Of a DNA stretch of 64,000 nucleotides, positions 1 through 12,867 are shown piece after piece. Each line of letters opens with the position of its first letter. Position 1 is the stretch's first letter. Location: contig JAUCBJ010001772.1 in the NCBI GenBank assembly GCA_032718475.1, positions 1 through 64,000 on the forward strand, given 5' to 3'. The notes beneath the pieces are model-generated. The model saw nothing but the letters and a program-made list of their open reading frames with translations. It had not been told where the DNA came from and searched no databases. The stretch comes from Nemertoderma westbladi (taxonomy: Eukaryota; Animalia; Xenacoelomorpha). Both the position numbers and the translations under genes were made by a program.

Positions 1-282
1 CAGGAGCCAACGGACGCGGCGACGCGTACTTTCCAATACACACACACCGGTCGGGATTCCCTCGCCAACTCGGGGATCCCGTCACACTGCAGTAATAAAA
101 TTTTTTTTTATCGCAGTAACAATATTAATAATAATAACAATATTACTGCAGTAGAAACATTTTTTTTATTATTTTTTTTTATTATTTTTTGGATGCATTT
201 TTATTGTTTCATACTAGAGTTTTTTATTACTTTTATTTTGACCCTTTAGTTAGTCAATATACCCCAAACCATACCCAGCTTG

Positions 283-1752
283 ACAGACAAAGATAGCCTA
301 GAGTTGGTCAGTCGTAAAAACTGACATCAGAAATGAAATCAGAGACCTGGAAAACCCCCATGGCGAATGTTTTTATTACATAGTATGCTTCCTTAATTTT
401 TGACAGACAGACTGACAGACACAGACACATACTGTACATCCTAGTGTTGGTCAGTTGTCGATACTGACATCAGAAATGAAATCAGCGACCTGGAAAACCC
501 CCATGGCGAATGTTTTTATGACATAATATGCTTCATTATTTTTTGACAGACAGACTGACAGACATACAGACATACATACAGACAAAGATAGCCTAGAGTT
601 GGTCAGTCCTAAAAACTGACATCAGAAATGAAATCAGAGACCTGGAAACCCCCCATGGCGAATGTTTTTATTACATAGTATGCTTCCTTATTTTTTGACA
701 GACAGACTGACTGACAAACAGACATACATACATACAGACAAAGATAGCCTAGAGTTGGTCAGTCCTAAAATCTGACATCAGAAATGAAATTAGAGACCTG
801 GAAAACCCCCATGGCGAATGTTTTTATTACATAGTATGCTTCCTTATTTTTTGACAGACAGACAAACAGACATACATACATACAGACACCAGGGACGGAT
901 TAAGGGGGGGGGGGGGGCAACAGGGGCAGCTGCCGGGGGCCCGTAAGTTGGAAGGGGCCCGCAAGTTGGGAGAAATTTACCGAACTATTATCTCACTGAT
1001 AAAACAACCTCATTTAATTATTAATTTCTGGCTGTTCAATAAATATTTATAGTAGGCCTATATCTCACATATAGCACCATTCAGCGCACAGTCCCCCAGA
1101 GATTGTTTAAATTGTTTTAAAAAAATGTTGAAAGTGTAAAGTAATGCTTAAAGGAAAACGTTAGCAAAAGGGTCGATTTAAAATAATAGTAAATTATTAC
1201 TGTATTACAATTAACACATTTAATTTCCCTTTCACTTAGATTTATCTGAAATCATTCACGAGATCAGTAGTCACAAAGCTAGGAAATTGCTTTTTTAAAG
1301 TAATTGTTGTGTGTAATTCATTGATATACCAATATAGTCGTTCCTAAATATAGAATTGATGTATTTTTGAAGGTGTAATTTTAGGAAAAAAATATTGTTA
1401 TTTAAATTATAAAGGACTATTATTCGATAAAAAAAAGTAAGCGGAAATCACCGCCTTTTTCACTGATTTTCACTTCAACTATTCTGTCCATAGTGTTTTT
1501 CATTACGTTTTTATATCGAATATATTGTTTTATTTTAAAAAAATATCACCAGCGTTACTTACTTTTACCAACGGGGGGACCAAAATTTTTTGCAATTGGT
1601 TTTCGTGGGGGGGGGTAGGGGCCCGTAAGTTGCGACTGCCGGGGGCCCGAAAATCCATAATCCGTCCTTGACAGACACAGACATCCTAGAGTTGGTCAGT
1701 CGTAAAAACTGACATCAGAAATGAAATCAGCGACCAGGAAACCCCCTAGGGA
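283..1752. repeat. Tandem ~125-150 bp units separated by (GACA)n/(CATA)n microsatellite; possibly a Helentron-associated (DINE-1-like) non-autonomous element, interrupted by a MITE
   Basis: The unit CCTAGAGTTGGTCAGTCGTAAAAACTGACATCAGAAATGAAATCAGAGACCTGGAAAACCCCC occurs 4 times in 290-810 and once at 1684-1746. A related reverse-strand copy lies at ~53225-53295. The class assignment is inference. Confidence 0.65.
890..1670. mobile_element. Non-autonomous hAT-type MITE (781 bp)
   Basis: Terminal inverted repeats CAGGGACGGATTA ... TAATCCGTCCTTG. Perfect 8-bp target-site duplication ACAGACAC at 882-889 and 1671-1678. GGGGCCCG subterminal motifs; no ORF. Confidence 0.9.
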
Positions 1753-2099
1753 TGAAAATGTAACGTATGTAGTTATACTTATTACGACATTATTATTTAA
1801 CAAATTAAGAAATTAAAAAATTGGTTTTGCTCAAATTTATTCAGGTCTGGGGGCTAAACATTAATGTAGAATCCGTACCGAAAGGGTTAATACTACTTGA
1901 AGTCCAAGTCAGGAAGTGTTCAATGCATATCGGAAGAACATTGCGGAGTACGGGGAGTACAATGTACAGATGTCGGTATCTTCAATGCATATAATTATAC
2001 ACGAAGTGGGGCCTTCGCGCAGCACGTGACTTAAATTTAATTTAAGTACTAATTCGAAAGTATTACTGTATTAGCAAATTTTAAGCAGATTTCGCCTAA

Positions 2100-2861
2100 T
2101 CACTTTTTACCTCTTTCATTTCTATTCAGACATTTCTGACTCTAGCGGTATAGTGAGAACTGAAGATGGATTAGGGTCTCCAGCCCCACAAAGACACAGC
2201 CTATGGATGAATAGTACATACGTACATCGGCCAAGTTTCATCTTGAATAATGGATAACGAAATGAGAGACGGATCTCACTTTCAGAAATTTCGTCGTATA
2301 GCGGCAGACCGATTAAATCTCCCCCCCCCCCCCCCCCCCCCCCCCACAAAGACGCAGCATGTGGTCCAGAATATATGGCAAGATTCAGCTTAAACTGATT
2401 AAAATCAATGAGATAGGAGAATCTATTCACTTTCAGGCATAAAGTAGTCCTATAGCGGGTGACTGTTGAACTGATTTTCAACAAAACAAATTTTCAACTT
2501 GGCAGCTTTAAATTCGACAAAGTGTTATAAGCATGTCAATATCATAACGACGACAACGATTTCACTTTCAGACATTTGGCCCTCTAGCGGCAGACTGGAG
2601 AACTGCAGATGGATTCGCCTCCTTTGAAAGTCACAGCTAATGGTCTAATACATATCTGCCAAGTTTCAGCTTAAACGGATTAAAAGCAAAGAAATGGGAG
2701 GGCATTTAATGTTTAGACATGTGGCCCTCTAGCGGGAGACCATTGCACTGATGGTGTCTGAAAGTCTCTCAAAAATCTCAACTTTTGCTCATATTGATAC
2801 CTACAAATTTTCAACTTGGCAGCTTTAAATCCGACAAAGTTATTAGCATGTCAAAATCGTA

Positions 2862-2892
<31 letters not shown>

Positions 2893-3015
2893 ACGACGAC
2901 GACGACGACGACGACACGACGACGACGACGACGACAACTATTTGCATAAATTGACCCACCCCCTAACAGTGTCAATTCGCTAAGGCTCCGCCAACTTCGT
3001 GGCTCGCCCCACAAA
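2100..3015. repeat. Interspersed element with diverged internal subrepeats and a (GAC)n microsatellite
   Basis: The motif TTCAGACAT..(CT)CTAGCGG recurs at ~2125, 2281, 2432, 2567 and 2714. AAATTTTCAACTTGGCAGCTTTAAAT is duplicated at ~2488 and ~2805. (GAC)n tract at ~2862-2935. Confidence 0.55.
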
Positions 3016-3539
3016 CAAAAATCTTACTCCAAAAACTGGAAGTCAGAAGGTGTCTACCAAAAGGTAAAGCCCCCACCCCCACCCACAGCACCTCCCGTTT
3101 CATTTTGCACTAGAAATTTACAGCACGTACAGGGACTGAGGGAGAGTCGTTTTTTTTAATTAAAACGAAAATTGTGTGTGTCCTTTAGTCCTTTGCAAAC
3201 GAAATTCAAAAGGCCTAGTCCAAATACAGTAGGCCTAATAGCAATAGTCCAAAGTCATTACAGCAGTAGGAGTAGACTGCCTAATGCCTATACTTTGTAC
3301 TTGACGGTGACACTGGACACCACTGCACCAGCACCATGCAGTAGCAGAGTACAGGAGTACTGGCTACCCACTGCATAGTACAGTAGTATAGTATGTATTG
3401 TATTATATTATATTATACAAATAGCGGCGCATATTTCGGTGCCGTTACATTTGCTTAAAATTAATTATATTTGTATACAAGTGTAGTGTAGTGTATACTA
3501 CACTGCTGGTATACACGTTTTGTATGCGTTTCTCACTCG

Positions 3540-3650
3540 TTTGTACTCTTTTGTACTATTTTTGCACTCTTTTGTACTATTTTTGCACTTTATTGTACTC
3601 TTTTGTACTATATTGTACTATTTTGTATTTTTTTGTACTTTTTTGTACAG
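3540..3650 (+). repeat. ~10-bp TTTTGTAC(TA) tandem array ending in a 3' splice acceptor upstream of GLMP
   Basis: About 11 copies of TTTTGTACTN; only the last reads TTTTGTACAG| (AG at 3649-3650). Confidence 0.6.
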
Positions 3651-3769
3651 ATTCGTCGGACCGCTACCGGTCAGCCGGTACCAAGGTACTGCTAACAGCT
3701 GCACCGCTTTAGTCAGTTAGTGCTTTACGCCAGTTCCAGATTCCAGTACCTGTTTGCAGGTTTATTTGT

Positions 3770-5110
3770 ATGTTTGTTGAGTTGCAGTCGGTAGTTATGA
3801 ATTTATTATTTTATGTATTGGCCCTAATTGTCGCGGTATCCTTGAATGCGGCTGAAACAAAAACAGATGAACCGGAACAGCGTAGAATACTAATAGAATA
3901 CAACCCAGAATGTAACGCGACAATAATCCCACAATGCAACAACACAACCGACGCACTAAACTTAGTCCACGTAACGGCCAGCGGGTCGAAAGACGAACTC
4001 CACTACCTTTGGAGCACAGTTGGTGCGCCAACACTGCTCATTGCGCGAACACCATTGAACGCTGAACTCACAGTTAATTGGACAGGGTTCATCAGTGGTG
4101 AACCGCGTTCTGTTTCCCTCACTCCGTATATAGTTGCTGGAGCCATCGCGATTACTAACTTATACGAGTTCAACTCAACGAATAAAACAACCGTTCGTAT
4201 AGAAAACAGCGACGCAGTGCGTAGGATACCGTTGGAGGCGTTGCATTGGGACCGCGTGCATCACCTCCACGAGGCTCGATTCAACACCAGCTCCGGACTC
4301 AACGCCGACCTCCTCGGAGACATTGGGTTCGTAGGACTCGTCGTGGAGGCCTTCGGCTCGCGTAAACGGGATCCAGACGTGCCGCACCTTCTGCACTCTC
4401 GGAACTCGTCCCAGTTCGATATCATTGTTCAGAATGTCTCGACGAGGTACGACTACCCCCGGATTGCCGTCGAGTTGGTGTTCACTGGGTCCGCGATATC
4501 CGATTATGATACAACCACATCGGGGTACGAATCTTCCAAATCGGGGTACGAATCGGCCAGATCCGGTTCCAAATCGACCGATTCCACGGACCCGCTACCG
4601 AGCTACTCAAACCCGCGCTCTATCGACGACGAATACACCCCAGGTATCTTCCGAACTGCGACAATCCGCACTCAGGACCACATCTACTACCGCTGGAAAC
4701 CGGTGAGCTACTTGCACCCACACCGCTCCCTACAGACCTCCACCGACGCGCACGTACCCGAAACTGGCCCCAAACGCACCGATAATATCCCATCGGGACT
4801 TACTACCTCGTTCGCATGGCGCGAAGCATCGCTACACTCGTCCGTTAACGTATCGCATGGACGCGATGACGACGGCTTCTATAAGGGGTACCTCGTGTGG
4901 ACTGTTGTTATGGGCTATGGGGAGCCTCTAGAGGACTCACTGTCTATATATATCCTGCTAATAGCCGGTTTGGGTATCGGTATACCCGTTGTTATTATTA
5001 TAGTCGGAGGGATTTACGCGAAATGCGTCGCCTCGCGTAGACGGGACGAGCAGCTGAAGGTTTTAGTCGAGGAGTCTGTGGATAGTCGGACCAACCCCGA
5101 TGTAAACTGA
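3770..5110 (+). CDS. GLMP: Glycosylated lysosomal membrane protein (NCU-G1 family), single coding exon; the start may be the ATG at 3797
   Basis: Signal peptide MNLLFYVLALIVAVSLNA, many N-x-S/T sequons, family motifs LHYLWSTVGAPT, PHLLH, SIDDEYTPGIF and WKPVSY, and a C-terminal transmembrane helix (IYILLIAGLGIGIPVVIIIVGGIY). Confidence 0.9.
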   Translation: MFVELQSVVMNLLFYVLALIVAVSLNAAETKTDEPEQRRILIEYNPECNATIIPQCNNTTDALNLVHVTASGSKDELHYLWSTVGAPTLLIARTPLNAELTVNWTGFISGEPRSVSLTPYIVAGAIAITNLYEFNSTNKTTVRIENSDAVRRIPLEALHWDRVHHLHEARFNTSSGLNADLLGDIGFVGLVVEAFGSRKRDPDVPHLLHSRNSSQFDIIVQNVSTRYDYPRIAVELVFTGSAISDYDTTTSGYESSKSGYESARSGSKSTDSTDPLPSYSNPRSIDDEYTPGIFRTATIRTQDHIYYRWKPVSYLHPHRSLQTSTDAHVPETGPKRTDNIPSGLTTSFAWREASLHSSVNVSHGRDDDGFYKGYLVWTVVMGYGEPLEDSLSIYILLIAGLGIGIPVVIIIVGGIYAKCVASRRRDEQLKVLVEESVDSRTNPDVN

Positions 5111-6650
5111 TCCAAGTTATGTTGTTGTAATTTAAAAAATAAATTAGTATTGGACTTAATTAATTAATAAATATGCAGATTATTAAAGTTAATTTAAGTT
5201 AAGAGGCTTGAAAATATAAATAAATTAACAGTAATATTGTAAGTAAATTAATAAATATATGGATTTTATTTAAGCGTATAAATAATAAAGTTAAATAAGA
5301 AAAAGTATGAGAAATATATATATATTATAAGATTATTAAATACTAACTATATATTTTATGAAGTAACCGGTATACGTTTTATCGTATGTTAATGTTATTT
5401 TAATTAATTAAATTAGCGTCTCTCTGTGATCATTAAACGTTGTTTGTTTATTGTTTTATTATTATTATAAAAAAAATGAAATACAGTCAGTTTTATTCCA
5501 ATAAATTTTTTAATATGATAACAAATGTTAAATATATGTTGTGGTGGTATCAATCATTGAAATAATTAATGTGAAAAGTTTGGAATTCTTTGTTTCAGTT
5601 GACCTCGATGCAGTCCACGAATACCTGAACCTGGTTTCTGCTTGTTCCGGTATTTATAATTGAAATTACTGATTGTTTTTGGTTTTAATTAATTAACCTC
5701 AGCGCCTCATATTATTTCTATCATTTATTTATTTAACATTCTAATATATTTGGTGTTTCATCCACATAATAATTAATTAAATTGTTTGATAAATTTTTAA
5801 CTATTATTTGAGTGTTCGAACGTTTTCACTGCCCGAGGCTATTTAAAGCAACATTCTGGAATGTATATTTATTTATAGTCTCTCATAGTTCTCTAATTTG
5901 TATATTATGTTCTCTAAAGTAAGTAACTACCCTACCTACAGACACCTTATATTCCCACTGGGATGTTCTGGAACCAGCTGGTATCATTTTCGTCTCAGTC
6001 GGCACGGGAAATAGTTGTGAATTTTCCAAAGGATTAATAAATCAACAGGAATCCACATTAGACTAACTTTGGTCACATTCCGTAACAATACAGCTAAGAA
6101 CAAATCATGTAGCGGGAAGGCCAATAAATCCTTCTCTTAACACTCAGTATTTTTTTTTAATTTAAAAGAATATATGATGGGATGGGGCGATCTGCGATCG
6201 TTTTATAAATAGTAATTTTTATTTACTCTGGTTCTTTCAATATATCGATATGTTTAATATTTTCTGCTATTAAATATACTAAAGTCGTTTATCATGCAAG
6301 TTAATGGATTAGAAAGTTTTCAATTTCTCTCAAAAAAATTTAACACCATGACGTATAATTATAGTTAGTTTTATGTTTTGAATATTAAAATTGGAAATAT
6401 TTTATTAATTTAGGTTGTTATAGCCATGTAAATATGACTGGTTGGGAAGATCTTTCTTTTCACACCCCATCCAGAAGTACTTCAGCTGCCCAGGAAGAGT
6501 CACATGCGTTTAACTTTGTTATTCGTATTAGTTTCATATAAGTTGGTGGTACCGGTCGAAAAATGGCCTTTTAAGTCTTCCAGTTTGGGATATTTGAATG
6601 AAATGTTTATACACTTTATCTGAGAGCGGTTTCCTATATAGGGTGTTAAT

Positions 6651-8650
6651 ATGGAACTGTTAGCAACTTACGATACTGTATTGAACGCAGATAGTGTGGA
6701 GTGTTGCCCTAGCAACGGGTATCAGGATTATATAGCCTGCGGGACCTACCAACTAGATGATACAACTCCTGGAACTCAAAAACAGACTCGTAAAGGTCAG
6801 GTTCACCTGGTCCGGTACAGAAATTCCGTCGCCGATGCGCCATATTCCGACCCCGCGAGGGTGAAAGATAACAGCCAATCGGAGAACAGATCTGTTCGAG
6901 GTGTGCTGGAATCCGTCCAATCAGTGGACAGTTCTGCTGGAGGAGTGTTAGACATGCGTTGGGTAGACCTACCCGAGCAACCCCAGTTACTAACTGCAAC
7001 TTCCGGTGGGCACTTAACTCTCTACGCATTGGCTGACACCGGTAACACAGACAGTCTGATAGAGACGGACAGTCTGTCTGTTAGCGATACCTTGCTGCTC
7101 TCCTTGTCTACTCTGGGTCGCCCAGCGACGGGCTACAGTGTAGCGACCACTGACTCCACCGGCTACCTTATTGTTGTCACGGCGACGGACTCTGGATTGG
7201 TGGTCTCCTCCCGCTGGAGGGCGCACGACATGGAGGCGTGGTCTGTTTGCGGCGGTGACCCTGACGCCAATGGCAACCAACTTGTATACAGTGGCGCAGA
7301 TGATTGCAAGTAAGTGCCACGCCCACTATTATTATATTATGACACTAATTTATACACTTTAACAACTTTAGTACCCGGATGTAGAATAAAATTCGCAACA
7401 TAAATTTCATGACAACAAAGCCACATTATTTGAAACTGAAACATTATTCGAAACCCTAATTGTATCAAGCCTGACGCGGATTTTAAATTGGAACAAATTT
7501 GTTTTCCTAAAATTCCACTTTATTCTAAGTTTAATTTTTCTAACATTCTAATCGAAAATAGAATAATTATTAATTGGCCTGTAACAAGGAAAGATAAATT
7601 AAGACGATACTTGAATTATGATAGATAATGACGAATTCGTTGTATGAATAATTATACTCATACAAACAGACATGGAAACCGCGTAAATTTGAATAATAAG
7701 TCATCTTGCCCGCCGAATATAATATTTCAGGTCTTAAATATAATAATATTTTTCTAATCACTTTATTTAAATAAATTACAGTTTTCCAGACTCGTTTTTG
7801 CGGGATTAGGCCGATTGGATTGTGTAAAAGAAACTGAAAATAAAGCGCGAGATTATTAGCCATTATCTTGTAATTTACATTATTAGTATCTATTATGTAA
7901 TTAGATAATGAATATATAACCTAGAGCCAGTTTACTGGCTCGGCGAAGTATACCGTCAGGTCTTACTAAAAACAAGTGTTACAGAAGGGCTGAATCTAAC
8001 CAAAACAATAAACGAATTAGTATCTGTACAGGTTATAAGATAGAGAGAAGAGCTTTAAAATACTTAATAATGATAAATTTAAAACAATAAAAAATCTTAA
8101 TATATAAAATTCCAATAAAAATTCGACCGAAAAGTGAAATTCTGGTATTCTTTACATGCTGGGCGAGTTTACTGTTCTAATTGGTCGGTATCTGTTCTTG
8201 ATTGTCAGGCTGAAGATTTGGGACCTTCGCATTGGTGGGTCCCACCCTGTATCAGTTATCACCTACCACAGTATGGGAGTAACCGCCATCCAGCGGCACC
8301 CAAGGGAACCCAACCTCCTGCTGAGCGGCTCCTACGATGAGACCTGCGGGCTGTGGGACCCGCGGAACTATACCGCCCCTCTCGCTGTGACGCAAACTAG
8401 CGGCGGAGTGTGGCGGTTACGATGGGAACCCGCTCATTGTGAGGTAGTAGCCGCAGCTTGTATGTACGGTGGGTGGAACGTTCTAGAACCGAGGACATCC
8501 ACTGTGTTGGGTTCAATACCACTGCGTAACGAAGGTTCTCTGGGTTATGGCGTGGACTGGATGTTTGGTAGGGAAACCGGTACCGCTATTATAGCCTGTT
8601 GTTCGTTTTATGATCATACTTTGGGCATCTGGTCATATAAATTTAACTAG
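6651..8650 (+). CDS. DPH7: Diphthine methyltransferase / WD40 protein DPH7 (WDR85); exons 6651-7309 and 8209-8650, 366 aa
   Basis: Motifs ADSVECCP, ACGTYQL, GVLDMRW, AHDMEAW, YSGADDC-K-LKIWDLR, SGSYDE, GGVWRLRW, AACMYGG and CSFYDH. The phase-2 intron AA|GTAAGT...TCAG|G restores the reading frame. Confidence 0.93.
7930..8172. mobile_element. Short MITE-like dispersed repeat (family A) in the DPH7 intron
   Basis: Shares AACCAAAACAATAAACGAATTAGTATCTGTACAG and TCGACCGAAAAGTGAAA with copies at ~11175-11412, ~48440-48680 and ~59370-59772. Confidence 0.7.
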
Positions 8651-8761
8651 AATGTATTGTTTTGAAATTATTTTAGAATTAACAAATTGACTGAAAAATA
8701 TTGATTAGAAAATTTTTATTGTTAAGAAAAATATAATATTGGAGATAAATAATATAATTAT

Positions 8762-9350
8762 TGGGACGAAAACTGAGTCGGGACAATTGCGACCCGGACA
8801 ATTGCGACCCGGACAATTGCAACCCGGACAATTGCGACCCGGACAATTGCGACCCGGACAATTGCGACCCGGACAATGGCGACCCGGACAATTGCGACCC
8901 GGACAATTGCGACCCGGACAATTGCGACCCGGACAATTGCGACCCGGACAATTGCGACCCGGACAATTGCAACCCGGGGAATTGCGACCCGGACAATGGC
9001 GACCCGGACAATTGCGACCCGGACAATTGCGACCCGGACAATTGCGACCCGGACAATTGCGACCCGGACAATTGCGACCCGGACAATTGCGACCCGGACA
9101 ATTGCGACCCGGACAATTGCGACCCGGACAATTGCGACCCGGACAATTGCGACCCGGACAATTGCGACCCTGTCAATTGCGACCCAAGCATTTTAGAAAA
9201 AATTCGACTGGGTCTCAATTCGACCGGGTCGCAATTGTCCGTCTCGGACAATTGCGTCCTGGTCGCAATTGCGTCCCAGGAGTTTCGCAATTGTCCGGGT
9301 CGCAAATTGTCCGGGTCGCAATTGTCCGGGACGCAATAAATTGTCCTAAT
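8762..9350. mobile_element. Foldback/MITE-like element: 15-bp tandem array (GACCCGGACAATTGC, ~27 copies) followed by inverted copies
   Basis: Forward array at 8780-9185; reverse-complement copies GCAATTGTCCGGGTC at ~9225-9335. The repetitive ORFs on both strands are by-products of the 15-bp unit. Confidence 0.75.
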
Positions 9351-11174
9351 TCCGACGAAAACATAGATTTTAGTGAATTTTAAGAAAAAATATAAATTTT
9401 ATTGAACTTAAAAAAACATGTATTAAATATGCAATGCACATGGAGAAAACTACTGTCAGACGTTTGAAGAATAAAGTTCAACAATATAAGTCTTTCCCAC
9501 CAAATATTTATTTTATTATATTATCTTTATATTTAATTTTTATTATATATATATATATTTCTTCTATTATTTCACCAATATTATCGAAAATTATTATTTA
9601 CAACTGCCCAATGACAAGATGTTGACAATAAATCTGCCTAGAGACCCCGAGATAAGAATATTCTAAGGGCCCTGGAAAGCATATGCGTATCTCCTGGAGT
9701 TAGATTAGGTTAGGTCAAGGTGTGGGGTAGGTCCAGAGTCCAGTTTCAATACGATGTTCCAGTATCGAGATAGGATGAATCGGTCTTAGTCTATAGGTGT
9801 TGTTGTAAAGGTTATTCAAGTCGAAAACAATAAATATGGGTTTGTTTACTATTAAATATTGAGTGACGTTTACCAGTTTGGACTGGTACCAGTGTGATTG
9901 CGGTGCTGTGGTCCATATAGCATACACCTATAGATAGATACACTATCTGTTCCAATAGATTCGATTGTCGAAGCCGTGCGCGCTTGTCTTGTCTCCTGTG
10001 TTATTACGCCGCTCAGTGGTTGATTGGGTTTAGGTTTGCTCTACTACTACGGTGCGGTTGAATCTCGCTACGTTTTAGTTCATTCAATTAAGGCTTTATA
10101 ATTGTTGAACTCATTTCCGTGATGCAGTTTCATAATAGAGACTAAATTTATTTACTTTTTCAAGTTTCGGTCGCGGATGTTGTTTTATTATATTTTTATT
10201 GAGAATGGAGGTGCAATATTATTATTAACATAAGTGATCAACTGGCGCCTCGCCTCGCCTATTATATCGAAACAATGTTGCTTTTGGAACAATAGCACCG
10301 TAGAAGTTATTCATCAACCACCAGCCCAGCCATCAGCCCTCACTGTCTGTATGGCTGTTGTAAGTAGTCATACTACATAGTCGAGTCGTATATGGCTATC
10401 TCTGGCCTTAATTACGTGTAACTTTATCTATAAATCAACCATTCAACCAACCCACATGGGATAACCAAAGCACAAAGGCCAAGTACAAGTACGTCATCTC
10501 AACATAACGTGAATCAGGGGTCTTAAAAATTGCGGATTACTTTAAGTTATATAATCTTTAATCTCTAAAAACCTCCCACACTATTGGCACTTTAACTATC
10601 TGCTCTACAGCTGGTACGACTACAGGCTAATTGCAATGAGTCAAACTTTTAATTGGATACAGAAACTCAGACATGTAATGTTGATGTAACTACGCATGTG
10701 GGCTCCTTGACTGGTTAATTCCTTGGAATAAATACTCATCTAAGCCTATACTGTAACAAAGTTTGTGATTGGTTGGTTGGCTCTGTTGGTTAGCCAACCA
10801 TTACCAGCTGGCTATTGTAAACCTTACAGCACTGCAGGTAATGAATGCCAGAGTTAACCTACACAAACTATTGGGAAGAAACTGCTATTTACTATAAAGG
10901 CTTGCCCTACCCTCTTGCTAGCACTAAAGCTAATTTGTTTATGGTAGCACTTTTACCATTATCCTGTCGCCAACTTATTAACTTTCACCTGTGAATAACT
11001 CATTTTACATTGCAGCGTTGGCCAAGTCCGTTATTTTTATTATCTTTTATATTTATTCGTAATAATATATTTATTTAGTTAGCAAGATGACTTAATATGT
11101 CAATTATATTATAAAATACAATTTATATAAGGCATCTCAGCGAACAATAATAATAATTATACCTCGGCAAGTTA

Positions 11175-11412
11175 GTTATACCGGCCCATGTGAATTAGAA
11201 TTATACCAGACTTTCTGCTGTTATTTTTCACTTTGCAGTTACCCCATGTGAAGAATACCAGGTTTTCACTAAAACCACAGGTTTCAGAAGGGATGATTCG
11301 AACCAAAACAATAAACGAATAAGTATTTATACAGGTTATAACAGTATAAGACGAAATAACGCCCATGTCGACCGAAAAGTGAAAACCTGTATTCTTCACA
11401 TGGGCGGTTATA
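11175..11412. mobile_element. MITE family A, most complete copy
   Basis: Inverted ends GCCCATGTGAA ... TTCACATGGGC. Contains 1-2 copies of the 54-bp unit that is amplified at 57752-59350. Confidence 0.75.
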
Positions 11413-12867
11413 CCCTCCCCACCCCCCCCCCCCCTCCCTCCCCCTTTTTAGGCCCTGGACATTAAATAAATTTTTAAAATTTTGCTCCTTTACTAACCAA
11501 CATTTAAAATATATTAACTATTTTTATTGTTTTGGTCCCCCAAAAACCCACCTTTATAAGAACTGTAACATTATTCTTTACTAATGTGACTACAAATGCA
11601 ATTAGTATTTATATTTTGTTGCCAATCAATTTTATATGGGGGGGGGGGGGGGGGGGGGGGATTGATCCATAAGGGGCAAGTGAGGTTCTATAGGGCCGGA
11701 TTTAGGCATAGGCAATTAGGCCTTAGCCTAGAGGGCCTCACACAAAAATAATTTTATAAGAAACATTTTATATAGGCCTATATAATATACTACTTCAATA
11801 TTGTTATGTTAATAAACCTTATTATAATAAATTTTCGGAAATATATCATCAATTCCTTACAATTAAATAGGGGCTCTGAGACCGAGGTGCCCCAAAACCC
11901 TAGCCTCACCTTAACAGAGACAAAACAAGCCATTTTATATTTGCAATACTCAATACCCAATACTAAACTAACGTTAATTATTTTTCGCTCACTTTGCTCG
12001 CGATGGTCACATTTTACTAAACATACATTTAAAGATTTTCTTTCCTACCTGTGGCTAAGTGCGATTAAATGACCAAATAATATGAACTATAACGGGCGGT
12101 GCGTGGATCGTGGAATAAGTAAACTATAAAAAAAATCATGCTACGTTGGTTTGAGCATATCTGGGTGAGACGAGACCTGAGGGAGACAAATTCACTAGAC
12201 TACCACAATATCACAACAAACTGTTGTAGGTGTAGGTAGTGTGTTGTGTATCTGGTCTGGTCCTCGTCATGTATTTATTTTTATTACTGTTTTAGATTAG
12301 TAAAAATGCTGCTTGAATCACTACCGGTTCTGTATTGAAACTTTTGTTTGTAAACCAGTCATCTTTTTTTTTATTTATATTTATTTTATACATTCACATA
12401 TCAGACATGTCATGTCCTACAGCTACAGACACATGTATGGAACAAAACTGGAACTCGTCAGACAAAGTTACTCTATGACTAATATATATAATACTTAAAT
12501 AAGCTATTACAGGATAATTCTACATTATGTCTGTCTAGGGGGCCCTGTTTTTGTATAGACCAGTTGTAGACGGCACGGGGAATAATATCATTTTAGCTTA
12601 AACTTTTCATATTACCCATCCAAACTAACTGTTCAAGGCACACAATTGAATATTGCTATTATTTGCAACTATTTTTGTTACTCGGTACAGTCCTAGTCCT
12701 ACAAATGCAATACACAGATACAGCAGCAATACAAAATACTACATTTTTATTAATTTACAAGTTTGTACAGTGAAGTTGTTGAGGCTATGGCTATGAGGAT
12801 TGTATATTATTGGTATATTTGGTTTATTACAGTATATTAGTTAGGGTTAGTTGGTCAGGCCTTAACC

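Noticed and set aside
2122-3378. Short ORFs with poly-Gly, poly-Arg and poly-Val runs
   Set aside because: They arise from homopolymer and (GAC)n tracts in repeat DNA.
8679-9383. ORFs with DNCDP, SGSQL, RPGQL and IATRT pentapeptide repeats (antifreeze- or thrombospondin-like appearance)
   Set aside because: Several frames on both strands are open only because a stop-free 15-bp unit is repeated; the region is a foldback element.
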